Shown here: positions 23,903 through 35,950 of the stretch, one piece after another
Position numbering within the stretch: the stretch's first letter is position 1
Layout of the letters: every line of letters begins with the position of its first letter
NCBI GenBank assembly: GCA_000934665.2
Contig: KZ538945.1
Coordinates: 1 to 39,326, forward strand
DNA from: Catajapyx aquilonaris
Lineage: Eukaryota
Reading direction: 5' to 3'
Length of the DNA stretch: 39,326 bases
Program-made: the position numbers and the translations under genes
The notes under the pieces: model-generated
What the model saw: the letters and a program-made list of their open reading frames with translations, nothing else
Database searches by the model: none
What the model was told of the DNA's origin: nothing

Positions 23903-25429
23903 TGTTAACGACTGATATATGAAGAGTGTTTAGTGTCGCATTTTACTTATATCGAGATATAATGGTTTGACGTTTGAAAATGATTGCATTTTGTCTTATG
24001 AAATTAATTTTTCAACAAATTCTCTAGTGGGCTATAAATCATCTACCAGAAAAACCTGACAATGAAAAATACGCTTGGATGACCATATTATTAAAGAATA
24101 CCGGTACGGGCGATACCTAGTTCAATTTCGACCCAAATGTGATATTTCGGCATTTTAGGTTTTAATATGTACAGTACCCTGTAAAACAATACTGCCAGCC
24201 AAAATATAATTTTGATATGCATGTTTAATATTGATTAGCTCCAACCATGACGGATTTTGCAAATTACGCCAGAAATATTTTGAACAATAACAACAAAGCA
24301 CAATACTCTATGGCGGGAAAAAGTGTTGACGTCACAGGCCGGAATGACATCACACGATTGACAATACACAATGCACCTCAATAGCATCGAATGAAGCATT
24401 GACATTTAAAGTACAAGGTCAATAAAAATTCAAGCAACGTCATGAACAACATAATAATATGAATGAAGTATACAGTGCAGGCCAATATTAGATTTGAGCT
24501 TCTTACTGACAGCTAGACGTTTTCTTACATTTTGCCAAAAGTGGGTGGGATATTGATTCGAGGCGATTTATCCCGAAAGTTCATCTTCGCACTACCATTT
24601 CTTCCGACACTGATCAATGGGAATAAAATGGTGCATTAATTATTCCAATTTCCTGAAGTGGAAGAAGCAACTGGGTGAAAATTGGAGCGCGCATCCGTCA
24701 TTTTCAGGCAAACTCCACAGCACTGCTGGAAATAGCAACCATGCTGATGATTTACCAGACTCAGGCTTTATACTAATGCGACCACTTCCACTCTATTATT
24801 GTGATTCCCAAACAATTTGGTTACTGTTTAGAGAAAGATTCGAATTACAATTAAACCTGTGAAGTTGGACTCCTCCATATGTTGGACATCACTCTATTTT
24901 TGCAGGACTGCACACAGCTATAGGTGTGTGTCATGTTTACATTGGATAGTAAGCAGTTGCTGAGGGATTAATTTCAGCTTCGTGAGAACGACTAATTACG
25001 GCTCTGAACGGACTAAGTTATGGTTGGTCTTGACCATGATTCGCCCTCTCCTCATTTTGACCACGTACAGTTCTATAATAGTTGCGGTGTAGCTGACAGC
25101 TCCCACTTGTAGAGAACTTGTCTGATACACTTGATGATAAGCCTTTGAATTAGGCTATTTAGATGATGAATTTGACTGTTAGTTCATAATTTGCAAGCTA
25201 ATTATGTCGCATTATAATATTATATAGCCTAACCTGACTGTAGTGAGCGTATGAATCTCATCTAGAGGTTAAAAAGTTATATCTCGTATTGGGACATTGT
25301 CATAATCGAATCGGATTCGTGTTTTGAACTTTTCTTATTGTTACTCGGCTCCCGGGGATTGAAGTAGACAATTTTACGGCCCTGCTTCTCTATCAGTAGA
25401 TTTTTTTTTTTTTCCTCGTGACATTTTAG

Positions 25430-25500
25430 ATTGGAACATGATGGAAGAAAAGACTGGCTCCTGGGTGAGCTCCGTTTCTACCCAAGTGGATTTACGCCTG
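25430..25500 (+). other. Candidate isolated 71-nt exon of an unidentified gene
   Basis: T-rich tract and TTTTAG acceptor before 25430, consensus CTG|GTAAGT donor after 25500. Two frames are open (LEHDGRKDWLLGELRFYPSGFTP or WNMMEEKTGSWVSSVSTQVDLRL). No homology recognised. Confidence 0.4.
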
Positions 25501-25719
25501 GTAAGTCCTTTGAAGTCAGGGTCTAGATCGGTTCCTTCTGATCTCTCCGATTCCAGCATGTCCATGGTTCAATTCAATTAACTCTACCTAAGGACTTCCA
25601 CCTCGAATTCCACTGATCAATTGCTTTAAATTAATACTGGAATTTGCCAAAACTTTTTTAGAGAGTCACCTTGGCCATTTTTTAATAGTGACATCCACAC
25701 GAGCTATTTTATGACACTA

Positions 25720-26033
25720 CTAGCTGCGGCACCCGGCGCGGCATTGCCCGGGAAGAAATGAATGAAGGGAAAACACCTGCCAGTACCCCCGTCAACTGTC
25801 TGTCTTTCTGTGTGTCCGCCCACCAATGCCATCTGTGGTCCTGCTACTCCAACACCTTCAACCTCTCCCGCCTGTATAACGGAAACCGTCATTTGCCTGC
25901 CAGCTGTAGTCAACCCCCAACACCTCCATCCTCTCCCGGCCTGGGGGTGGAGCACAGATGGCAGGCAAATGACTGTTGGCAGGCGGACAGACAGACAGAC
26001 AGACAGACTCACAAACGGCTTTATTTATATAGA
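25720..26033 (-). mobile_element. Non-autonomous Helitron with internally rearranged modules
   Basis: Minus strand A|TCTATATAAATAAAGCCGTTTGTGAG(TCTG)n ... CCCGGGCAATGCCGCGCCGGGT hairpin ... CTAG|T. Confidence 0.88.
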
Positions 26034-28648
26034 TTACAAGTAAGCCAAAAGTGTGTTTGATTATGTTCGATTTTTGTAGTCTTACTGATTTCGAAGTGTC
26101 ATGTCAAGAAATTTGGTGGGTAAATGTCACCATTGCCAGACAGTTCGCGTGTACTACGAACCTAGGCCAAGATTTTTGGTCGTGAAGGCCTCTCGCGGTG
26201 ATATAGAAAAAAAACTATATATATGGGGCGTCCAATAATAGACGTGTCTTGCGAAAAAGTCGACATAAACACGTGCAGCTGGAAATTATACCGTGTCAGA
26301 TGGACTGTTCCCAGTTGGGATTGCCTTGAGGGAAATGTGCGCACAGGTAACGTGACATGTGTTGAGAGTAATTGGGTCCCGGTCCAAAATATTTATGTAC
26401 ACATACCAGTCCCTGACGTTTTTTATAATGGGATTTCTTCGATGGCATTTCCGTGCTGGAGGTGGATAATTGGTTATGGCTGTGAAGCACGTTTTGTTGG
26501 GGGTACTGTTTGGTACCGGTGCATGTATCATATTACATGCGACTATTAAAGTCCTAAAAAGGTAATTGGGTATATAAATTAAGAAACAAAATATTGTATA
26601 TGAAAATAAGTGACTCGAGTAACTGGAATATTAAGTTAATAGGTCTTTTAATATTAAGTAGGAATGTGGCAGCAACAGGCACAATTTGTTGCGAGTTTTT
26701 CGCCGCAAGGACCAAAGAGCGTGGTTTCGTATGATGTATTTATAGGACTCCACTTGCTCATATTATTGCTACGTACTATTATTTAACAGGTTGGCCTTAC
26801 CACGAAATAACATTGCTGAAATAATAGAAAATAATGTTAAGGCCACATCAGTAAAAGCGGCTCCAAAACTCGTATCATAAAGTGTATATTAGTAATTTGG
26901 ACAAATCGAAATCATGTATGCAGCTGCATCATTTGACATAACATCATAGTGGCATACCTAAACTATCAAATGTAATGTTATTTCAAGCAATTGAACACTA
27001 TATTTTTTATTGGAACGGATAGTGAAGCGGAGTCGCGCATGTGTTATGCAATTCCACAATTCAATAATGACAAACAACATTGTTGCTTTGGGCAGGTGGG
27101 TGAGGGATTTGTAACCTTTGTATTTCGACTGTAGGCTTAGATCAAATGACAAATTCGGATATTGTTTATTACCGATTAATAAATTAAAATCCAATGGACA
27201 TTAAAGAGGTGAATTGATATTGATGTCACTATACCACACTAATAGCTCTGGCCCCCTCAATTTTGCATTCAAGCCAATTTCATTAATTGTCTCAATATTT
27301 GCGTCATATTTGCCGAAACTTTGTGGCATTTTGTAATACCATCCTATTTAGTGTAGCGTAAGTTTGTGCTGCTTTTGTACTGTTTCTACCGTTGTTCAGA
27401 CTAACTTGACCAAGTTTAGCCTGCACTTTGATTCGATTTCGTGCCGACTGCGGAACTCTGTCCATTGTGGCCGACCCGTCTTTTTTTTTTGCGGGTTACA
27501 TTTGGCTTTCGTAATAGTTACCTAGCAACCGAGCCATTTGCCCGAGAAAATGAAGTTGGCAAGCATAAGATGTGCCTAATGAGATTGTCTTGGCTGTCTG
27601 TCGTGAATGGTACGCTTGACGAGCAAAGTTGCACCCGAAATGACTTCTTAAGCGGATGCGTAATTGCGTTGATGCACTGCGCCATCTTGGATGCGATTCC
27701 TTTAATACTTGATGGACCAATATTGGGAAGCAGATATTGCCTACCAATATAGTTCATTAGTATTCTCCAATTATCAGGGAGGGAAGGCACATGGTGCACA
27801 TTTTATGCCCCAGAGATGCCGCATATAAGACTAATTAATTATAACAGATCTGTCGACGATAAAAGTGTAAATAGGCCGCAAATCGATACTAATTGCAACC
27901 GAAAAGTGATGACCTTCATGTGGATTTCTCAATCCTAAAACCAACCATTTCTATGGAAGCTTAGTTGCGTGGTGCATTAGTAGACTTTGGCGTGTCGAGT
28001 GCCGGCATGAAATTGAACAACCCCCCCCCCCCTCCCCCACAACTACCTTCCCACCACAAACACATCCCATAGAGGGACGNGTTAGAGGGGGTGCTGTAAA
28101 TTACGTCTACACGAGACTCGTAGTGTACTTAGTCGCATTAGCGCCTTGTAATATGCAGGTTAATTGTGTTGACTACGACTGGGAAATTGCATGTTGGAAT
28201 GTCGCAAATTGCGGGCGTGACCATGTGTCAAATAGGATCACTTTCACACCTGGGTAACTTAGCGGTTTTGCAATGCGACAGGAATTTATGACCGTTCAAC
28301 TAGTCCTATTCAAATGACGGTTTTTTTGGGGGGGTTATTTTTGCAAAAATGTGCGTCTGTTGGTTTGGAGGACAAAGGAAATATATACAAATATTTCATA
28401 GAGACGGAAAAGACGGATTAAACAATTTAGCCGTGAGCTTTGTGTGCGGTGGATCGCTTTGAAAATGCGCTGTAGTTTTAAACAAAAAGGAAGCCTGGGG
28501 AAAGACCTCTGCTCAAAATTGGTTAGGTTTTTAAAAATTTATACAATTAGTTTTGACATGGACGGATATGGCCCAAGAGGCCTGTATGGAGTTTACAAGA
28601 AAATAATAGTCGTGACCTTTACAAAAAATGACTGAGCGGAAACAGAAA

Positions 28649-28756
28649 TTTACGTGAATTTTAAAATAACTTAATATTTGTAAATATCGTGTCAGTTTTT
28701 ACCTGAATTTTAAAATAACTTAATTTTTTTGAATATCGTGTCAGTTTTTACGTGAA
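28649..28756. repeat. Tandem duplication, ~49-bp unit, ~2.2 copies
   Basis: TTTACGTGAATTTTAAAATAACTTAAT...AATATCGTGTCAGTT repeated. Confidence 0.9.
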
Positions 28757-31700
28757 GAAGCACTGTCCTGTAAAAATGTCTATAGCAAATCGGTGTACAG
28801 TGCCAGAATCACTATAATAGGACATGCACCCTTACGGAGTAGTAGCCTTTTAACTATCAATGTACCAACCAAATTAAATTCAAACCATGAACAGAGCACC
28901 TGGCTTGCATTAAAGGGCAAGATCCACCCAGGGACGTGTCCTGCAGTTTAAGATTTACTCGGACATCCCTTACAAAACTTTCTTTTTTCCCCCTTTTTTT
29001 GCCGTACCACCCTGGGAAGGACCGGACCACTGCCCTCCTGGGGCATGGTGGAGAAACTTTCTGCAAGCTCATAATAACCAAGAGGGCTGGTCTGGGATCG
29101 AACATACAGGTTTTGAGTTTTGCAAGCAAACGCCTTATCCGCATCTGAAAACTACATATAGGCCTAGGTTGCTTCATTTGGTTGTGACATAGCAGCAGAG
29201 TTACAGCTTATGGACTTGCCGATACCTTCGATTTATCGAAAGTCGACTAATGGTCTTTCCTTATTCGCTGCCAAAAAAACGGAAGCTAACGGGCAATGGG
29301 TGTCTGAGAAGGTGAAAAGTTTGTAGTGACAAGTCGAAAAGGCGATTTAAAAATAGCTTCTAACAATGGCATAACTACAGTATTTAGTCCGTATCAGATT
29401 GACTTGCTAGAATTCACGATGCTTATCTAGAAAAAGAGGGGGCTGCCATGTCTAATTTTGTGTTACATATTTTATTTTTAGGCATCGGAGGTGAGAAGGT
29501 GTCTGGAAAGAATCCCTGTCCTGTCCAGACATTTTACAACCCTTTACTCTCACATAACGGCCTCCAGATTTATCGCTACTCTAATCTTGAAGCGCAGGCG
29601 ACAGAACTGTTGTGACATGGCCCATTCTTTTATAGCCTATAATTTCGTCCCTAGTTTTTTTTTTCGTTCCAAAATAGCCACCCATCCATGAATGAGCCGT
29701 CACTTTGATAAGAAGTGCCCCGTCGTCAGTGCGTGACTAGACAATCAAATGTTAATGTTCTTGTCAATATTATGGATCAAACCTTCATAATGTAGCGCAT
29801 TTGGCGGATATTTAAATGTGAAAAATTAGTAATTAAATACGGACAGTATTCCGGGAGTTGCTGATTGGATAGCTGAGCGTACTGTATACACAACGAAACC
29901 GTATATATAGGAAAATCTATCGACGGTAGTCGTGTCTATGGCAGACTAGCGTAGTCGCATATGCTCGCCATCTCTTGGGATGTTTCGAAAGCTCGACGAA
30001 GCTTTCGGGCCGAATGCAAGGAAGGCAGCAGGATCTATCCAGGGTTGGGGTGGAGCTATGCGGAAATAGAACCGCTGCAGTGTATGACTAGGACTCGAAG
30101 GCGCAGGTTTCCCCCCAAAAAAAGCTCAATATGGCGGCCTAACGCTAAAACCACGTGGCTCATCAGCCGGAATCCAACGTCATCCCCCCAAAAAATGGCC
30201 ACCAATATATTAAATATTGCTTAAATTAAACTACCTATAGTAAATTGAAGTGGTTGACAAACAATGTTATCTTTCCATATATTTAAGAAACCTCTTTGCA
30301 CCATTTGAATTTCGATCAAAGAGTGGGCTACTTAGCGCATGGGCAATATATGCTCTGTCGAGTCCGCCATTTTCGAAAACGGCGCATTGCGACATACGGG
30401 GGAAATGGAGGGATGGGTGGGATGGGGGGTGGAGGGAAGAGGATGCGGTTGGCTCTGTGACGTCATCACTTAATTCTGCCTTGCCGCAGTGACATCCACT
30501 CAGATTTTTCCCTGATTCGTCCACACAATTTATTCTCGCTGATAAATAGCTTCGACTCTATTTTTTTTTTTTTAAAGCGGTGCATAGTTGTGAATGGAAA
30601 GTACGTGACATGTGAGTGATTCGTCATATGTCTTGCGTGACTTGCTTCTAACACACGAAGCGTGTCATGCACGGGATTGCAAGAAGGTGTCAAAGACACC
30701 TGGAGTTTATTTTCTACTGGGAGGTATCCATTTGTTTCAGAAGGCGCTGTTTTTCACTCCCGAAAATGAATTAGGAAGGGTTTGCAGTGAAGGTGGTGGG
30801 TTGTGGATGGATGGGGTGAGGAGTCGCTCTTTGGAAGGAATCAATACAGGGCAAAAGGGTGTGATTTAGTACAATCTTACCTAGGTTACGACAAAACAGA
30901 TTTTGAAGTCAGAAAATTTATTCCCAGGAAATCTGTTTATTTTTCATATTTTTTTAAAAATGTTAATTTTAGTCACATGTGCTATTGAAGCTATTGCATG
31001 CGTGATGTAATGTTAGAAACCTAAAATTATACAGTCCACATTGATCGTGTTGAACCTATGAAGTATTGGTACTTCTTCTAAACGATAGGAGATGCCGCCT
31101 GCGTTCGCTTGAACCAACGCAAGTCTGTATGATCCCCCCCCCCCTCTCCCCCATCGTAACACCCCCCTTACACCCGCCTATACTATTCTAACCCACCCCC
31201 CTATCCTAGAAAAAAAACCGGCATTAGCGCAGTATNACCCCCCCCCCCCTCTCTTATACCCTTGATACGTCACAATATGACATCTCACCCGAATTCGGCT
31301 TCAAAACCATTTGTTTTCTCATCCATATAGCTCATATCCGGATGCCTATGACTGAATGATGTGATCTTATCGAGCAATATACGTGACCGAGGAAAAAGGC
31401 AAAACTTAGAGAAAAAAATGGCTCCACTGCAAGTGCGGCATGAAGCCAAATCCTACTTATAGGGATGGACTAAATTGATTTATGATGAAGAGATCTAGAA
31501 GCATCTTTTGACTGAATTAAAAGAAAATTGAGTAAAAAAAAAAGGGACGCTCTTTTAGCAATGAAATACACGCATCGTTGGTCAGCAGATGATTTGCTTT
31601 GAAGTTGGTGCTTTACTGTAGCCAAATGTGAGGGATTCCATGCGGAAACACTTGAGAGTCAATGTGCATTCTACTGAGTTTGCAATGCCACTAGTTTGGG

Positions 31701-31884
31701 ATAAGTTGCAGTATGGGTGGATGTGATGCAGCTTTCTTGACAGGTACTTTCATTTTGAGTTAATAGATACCGTATTTCGAATTTTGCCCAGCAATTGTAG
31801 TAATGCCGCAGTGTAAATATTGTTTGAATGGTGTTCCACAAATGCAATCTGTGTGTATAACTGTATATTCCTATACTGATACAT

Positions 31885-32159
31885 ACCGAAGCAGTTTGGA
31901 GTAGGGGATATGGTGTCCGACTGCTAATCGGGAGGTCCTGGGATCAAATCCCGGGGCCGGCAACTCTGACCGTGGTTTTCTGTGGTTTCCCACGGTCCTT
32001 CCAGGAAAATTCCGGAGTTGTTTCCGTAATTAATAGGCCACAGCCGCTTCCTCCCGTCTCTATCATATCCCAAAAAGCGAAGTAAATTGAAAGCGAAGAG
32101 TTCCAGGCAAAACAAAAACTTCCCCCCTAAAGAGTCGATAGGCTGATAACGGGGTATGA

Positions 32160-32196
<37 letters not shown>
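31885..32196 (+). mobile_element. Full-length tRNA-derived SINE ending in (TTA)12
   Basis: ACCGAAGCAG..TGGAGTAGGGG..GTCCGACTGCTAATCGGGAGGTCCTGGGATCAAATCCC head and shared central domain. The tail ends ACGGGGTATGAA(TTA)12 (32161-32196). Possible degenerate TSD CCTATAC-TGAT (31870-31880) / CCTATACATGAT (32199-32210). Confidence 0.85.
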
Positions 32197-32198
<2 letters not shown>

Positions 32199-33027
32199 CC
32201 TATACATGATGTTTCTTTCAATTCTCATAGTTATTGAATAAACAGCACGTAGTAGTTGATGTTATAATAATAATCTCGTACTCCTCTGCAGACATACCGG
32301 TACCCTTGTTTATAACGCTTAGTGTGTCACAATCATTGATTAGTAATAACGAACTGTTTATTGCCATTAGCATACATATTAAATCTATTTTAGCTGTGTG
32401 TACCTTGTCATACTGCACAGTTATCTTAATGATCTTTTGACGTGTTGTCTGTGGCGCATATTTGACACCTCTGACTGTGGAATACTGCGGCTCCCACATG
32501 ATCGGGCGATTTTATTTAAAAATATTCTGGCAAATATATATTTTAAAATATAAAAAATGCTATTCATCACAGTATTTTCATGTGAATATTACGTTAAGGG
32601 CAGGGAATTAGTTCATCAATATACTGATGTGACCACCTTAATTATGTTGAGCTCCTTTTAATGGAAAAATCGGTACGAAACCTAAATATGACATTAAAAT
32701 AATGCCAAAAAGAATTTTTCAGATTAAAAATTCAGACACCATTGAAATATTTCACCTTCTGAATTCAGGGTGGGAAAATTCAAGCTCGATAGGGATTAGG
32801 TTATGAAAGTATAGTTATATACGCTGGCACATTTTTTTGCTATTCTTACGAGGCTTACATACAGTACTCTACATCATGTACGACCAGGATGTTAAAATTG
32901 CGCTTCATTACTCCGATCATTTTATTTTCGCCTAGAGGGGAAACAGGCGCTTCAGAGCGAGCTTGGTTTGAGGTGGCTAGAGTGTGTGTTCATAATGGCC
33001 GGCCTTCATTCGAGAAGAAAATTTAAG

Positions 33028-33095
33028 GTCCGATATGATGCAGTGGAATTTTCCAGTGTAAACACACTGGAAAATTCCACTGCATCATATCGGAC
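33028..33095. repeat. 68-bp perfect hairpin (32-bp arms, 4-nt loop)
   Basis: GTCCGATATGATGCAGTGGAATTTTCCAGTGT-AAAC-ACACTGGAAAATTCCACTGCATCATATCGGAC. Confidence 0.97.
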
Positions 33096-33125
33096 TTTCT
33101 GATTATGCAGTGACCAAATAGGCTA

Positions 33126-33521
33126 TTTTTAGATATACCCCGTGCTAGGGCCATAGGCCCTCTTAGGGGAGTGGATTACCACTATCGTGCAGGGACAGGG
33201 TAGGGATAGGAGGGGGGGGGGCATGTGCAATGTCATCAAGTTGGGGGTCGTGTGCAGTCCCTCAGGGGGCCCGTTCGCCATAGATGATCCCCTAGATGTG
33301 AGTCAGAAACCCCCACTGACCCGCACCTCCTCCAGGCCAGGGAAAGGAAGGAAGCGGCTGTGGCCTATTTTACGGTACGATCCCGGAAATTTTTCCTGGG
33401 GCGACCTTGGGAAACCACAAAAAAACCAAGGTCAGGATTGCCGGCCTCCGGGATTCGAACCTAGGACCTCCCGATTAGCAGTCGGACACCATATCCACTA
33501 CTCCACCACTACTGCTTCGGT
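33126..33521 (-). mobile_element. Full-length tRNA-derived SINE with perfect 18-bp TSD
   Basis: CAGTGACCAAATAGGCTA at 33108-33125 and 33522-33539. A box TGGAGTAGTGG (33505-33495), intact B box GGTTCGAATCC (33461-33451), shared central domain, and a ~210-bp tail ending ACGGGGTATATCTAAAA. Confidence 0.95.
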
Positions 33522-35299
33522 CAGTGACCAAATAGGCTACATCTTACGATACATATTTCTCCGCTTACCTTTAACGTAAATGTACGCGTTCTTTTGGGAC
33601 TTGGAAGTTCAAACCTTCCTATACAACAAGATAAGCACATAATTTTAATATTAGTATTCTTAGTGAATTTATATCATATTTTAGTCGCAATAAAAAGCCT
33701 CATTTGGAGCCCAGTGACCATAATAAGGTCATTACATTTGGTAGTGTAATACATGGATCTTGCAAGCTGAGATTGTTGTCAGGTTTACTCATTAATTTTA
33801 AACTTTTATGGTTTGGATGCACTGACCTGGAACTGTAACACCAACAAGATTTACAGCCATAAATCCTTAAAATACCAGTTTAATCCTTAACAACTTGTTA
33901 TAATAAGCAGCTCTCTGTAGTTCAGGTCGCTAAAATTATAGGCTTATGCTAACATAGTGCTAATGCAAAATATCTAAAATTAGCGGGTAATACTAAAAAT
34001 AGTCAACATTAGCGGCCGATGATAAAACAGAATTAGCCACGAATTCATAGCTGCCTTCATAGTGTGGGATAAATCGTATCCGCTAATATGATTATGTACA
34101 GCTACGAATTAGCAGATATGCGAATTTTACCGACCGCTAGTGCACACCACTGGTTAATATTCCCACCATAACTCACTAGTAAATTTAACCCAAGCAATAA
34201 CATCACAAGAAAATGGCATTCAAAAATTGACCAGATTTGGAGTTGCAGCTAAATCTCAGCGTTTAATTTAAATTAATACCAAAACTTACATATTTTCAGT
34301 GCTACCAACCTAAACTGCAAAAAAATAGCTCCTGTGTTGCATCCATATCTCCCAAAAATAGTGTGTTTTAAATATTCATTTGTACAGAAAATGTGCCACA
34401 ATGTGTCATGTAGTAAGTTATTATTGATGCAGACAGTGCAGAGTATTTTAAAGATATACAATACGATTAACTTTACAAATAAGTATAGAAGGTGTCGCAC
34501 AACTTCCCCCCTGTGTGGTGCAACATATTACACACTCCAGTGATGCTGTGCAGTACAATCCGTGAGAGATACGATCGATACTCTTACTACGAGAGAGGAA
34601 TGAAAAGTAGTGGCAACGTGTTTTCTACCCAAGAATAAGACAGTGTATTCAACTGGACTTTACCGTTACATTCCTTTATGGTATTATCTCGCAGACTGCA
34701 TTGTTACCTTGTCCTAAAATTTTCCAAGCTCTGGATATCATCTGCAGAGCGATTATTATCGATATCACCTCTGCTTTACATTCATGTGTTACAATAGGTC
34801 ATAGATCCTAGTTATTCTACAGCTATGTGCAGCAGCATCAACAACAACAATAATCCAATCAATCGTGTTTGAATATTGTTGAATATGTCGAATTATGATA
34901 GAGCCTATATTCAAATAAATTGGTTTTTAGAGTGGAGATGTATTAGGTGGTTAATACCACGTTGCATAGGAATATACTGTACGTGCTGTAGCCTGATTGA
35001 TGACATGTGGGGACCTCTACAGTCTACAGGCACATAATCCGGGCGTATAATAGTTTCCCTCTTTGATGGTTATTAAACCATTGGAATACGTACTGAATAT
35101 GAGCATGAGCTCACAAAATCCATTACCCAATATGCATGGATGTTGGTCGGTACCTATAGGTACTATACCGACCAACATCCAGACGTATTTTTTTAAATAC
35201 CGATTCTGTGGCGTGTCTATCTACAGATAGACACGACACATAATCAGTATTAAAAAATTCTTGGAAGAACTGACCAGTAGCCTGTATTGCCAGCTCAAT

Positions 35300-35570
35300 A
35301 TATTCAAGTACTTGCCAGAAAAAGTCATAAATAACCAAAATTAACGTGGAAAATCTCGCAAGTCACCAATCGGATAACGGAACTATAATGGGCCGATGAG
35401 TAGGTCTATTTCTTATTAACAGAGGCGCTATATGCTGTTGCTCAATATGCTTACATTAGGCCCTACACTTGAGTATGTCACAATAAGTAGTTTAAAATAG
35501 AAACAATCTACGTAGTTGCTATTCGGATATATTCAGGCATAGAAAAGCAAGTCCTTCGGCACAATTAACT
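35300..35570 (+). pseudogene. Highly degraded non-LTR retrotransposon RT C-terminal/thumb relic
   Basis: Ordered motifs across frameshifts: FKYL, PKLTWK, YAYIRP(T)LEY, KIETI..AIRIYSG, RKASPSAQL. These match the KYLG / LTW / IRP.LEY / RII.GA.R.SP layout of I/Jockey/R1-type LINE RTs. Confidence 0.55.
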
Positions 35571-35950
35571 ATTTAGACGTCAAGAGGTTGTGTCAACGGA
35601 CATGTAGGCAAAGGCGTTACTGTCACGTAGCAGGTACTGAGTCGATGGGAAAGGATGCAGCGGTGTAAAATAAGACGAAAAGGTATAGGTAGAAAGTGTC
35701 GTGCGAGAGGCGATTAGCGTCGTAAATGCCGAGGTCTGTTTGGAAACCAAGAAACACAGCCCCATTTCACAAGCTTTGCCTGGGCGTGCAACATATCGTA
35801 GGCAATAGGAGAAAGGGCGAATAGACAATTTTTCAGAAAATGGCGAAAATGCCCATTTTAATGTGAAATCACCCACCGCATGTTTTGGTGAAATGACAAA
35901 TGTGTAGGTGGAACACTGCGCATACAGTGATACTTTGTTTGTGAGGACTA

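Noticed and set aside
31885..31960. tRNA-Ser(GCT) gene (also at the 12986 and 33521 heads)
   Set aside because: There is no convincing acceptor stem or long variable arm, and each head runs directly into a shared SINE body, one copy having a TSD.
33930..34152. Possible hAT MITE ending GCACACCACTG with TTAGC/GCTAA sub-repeats
   Set aside because: Only one terminus is visible; no partner TIR or TSD was found.
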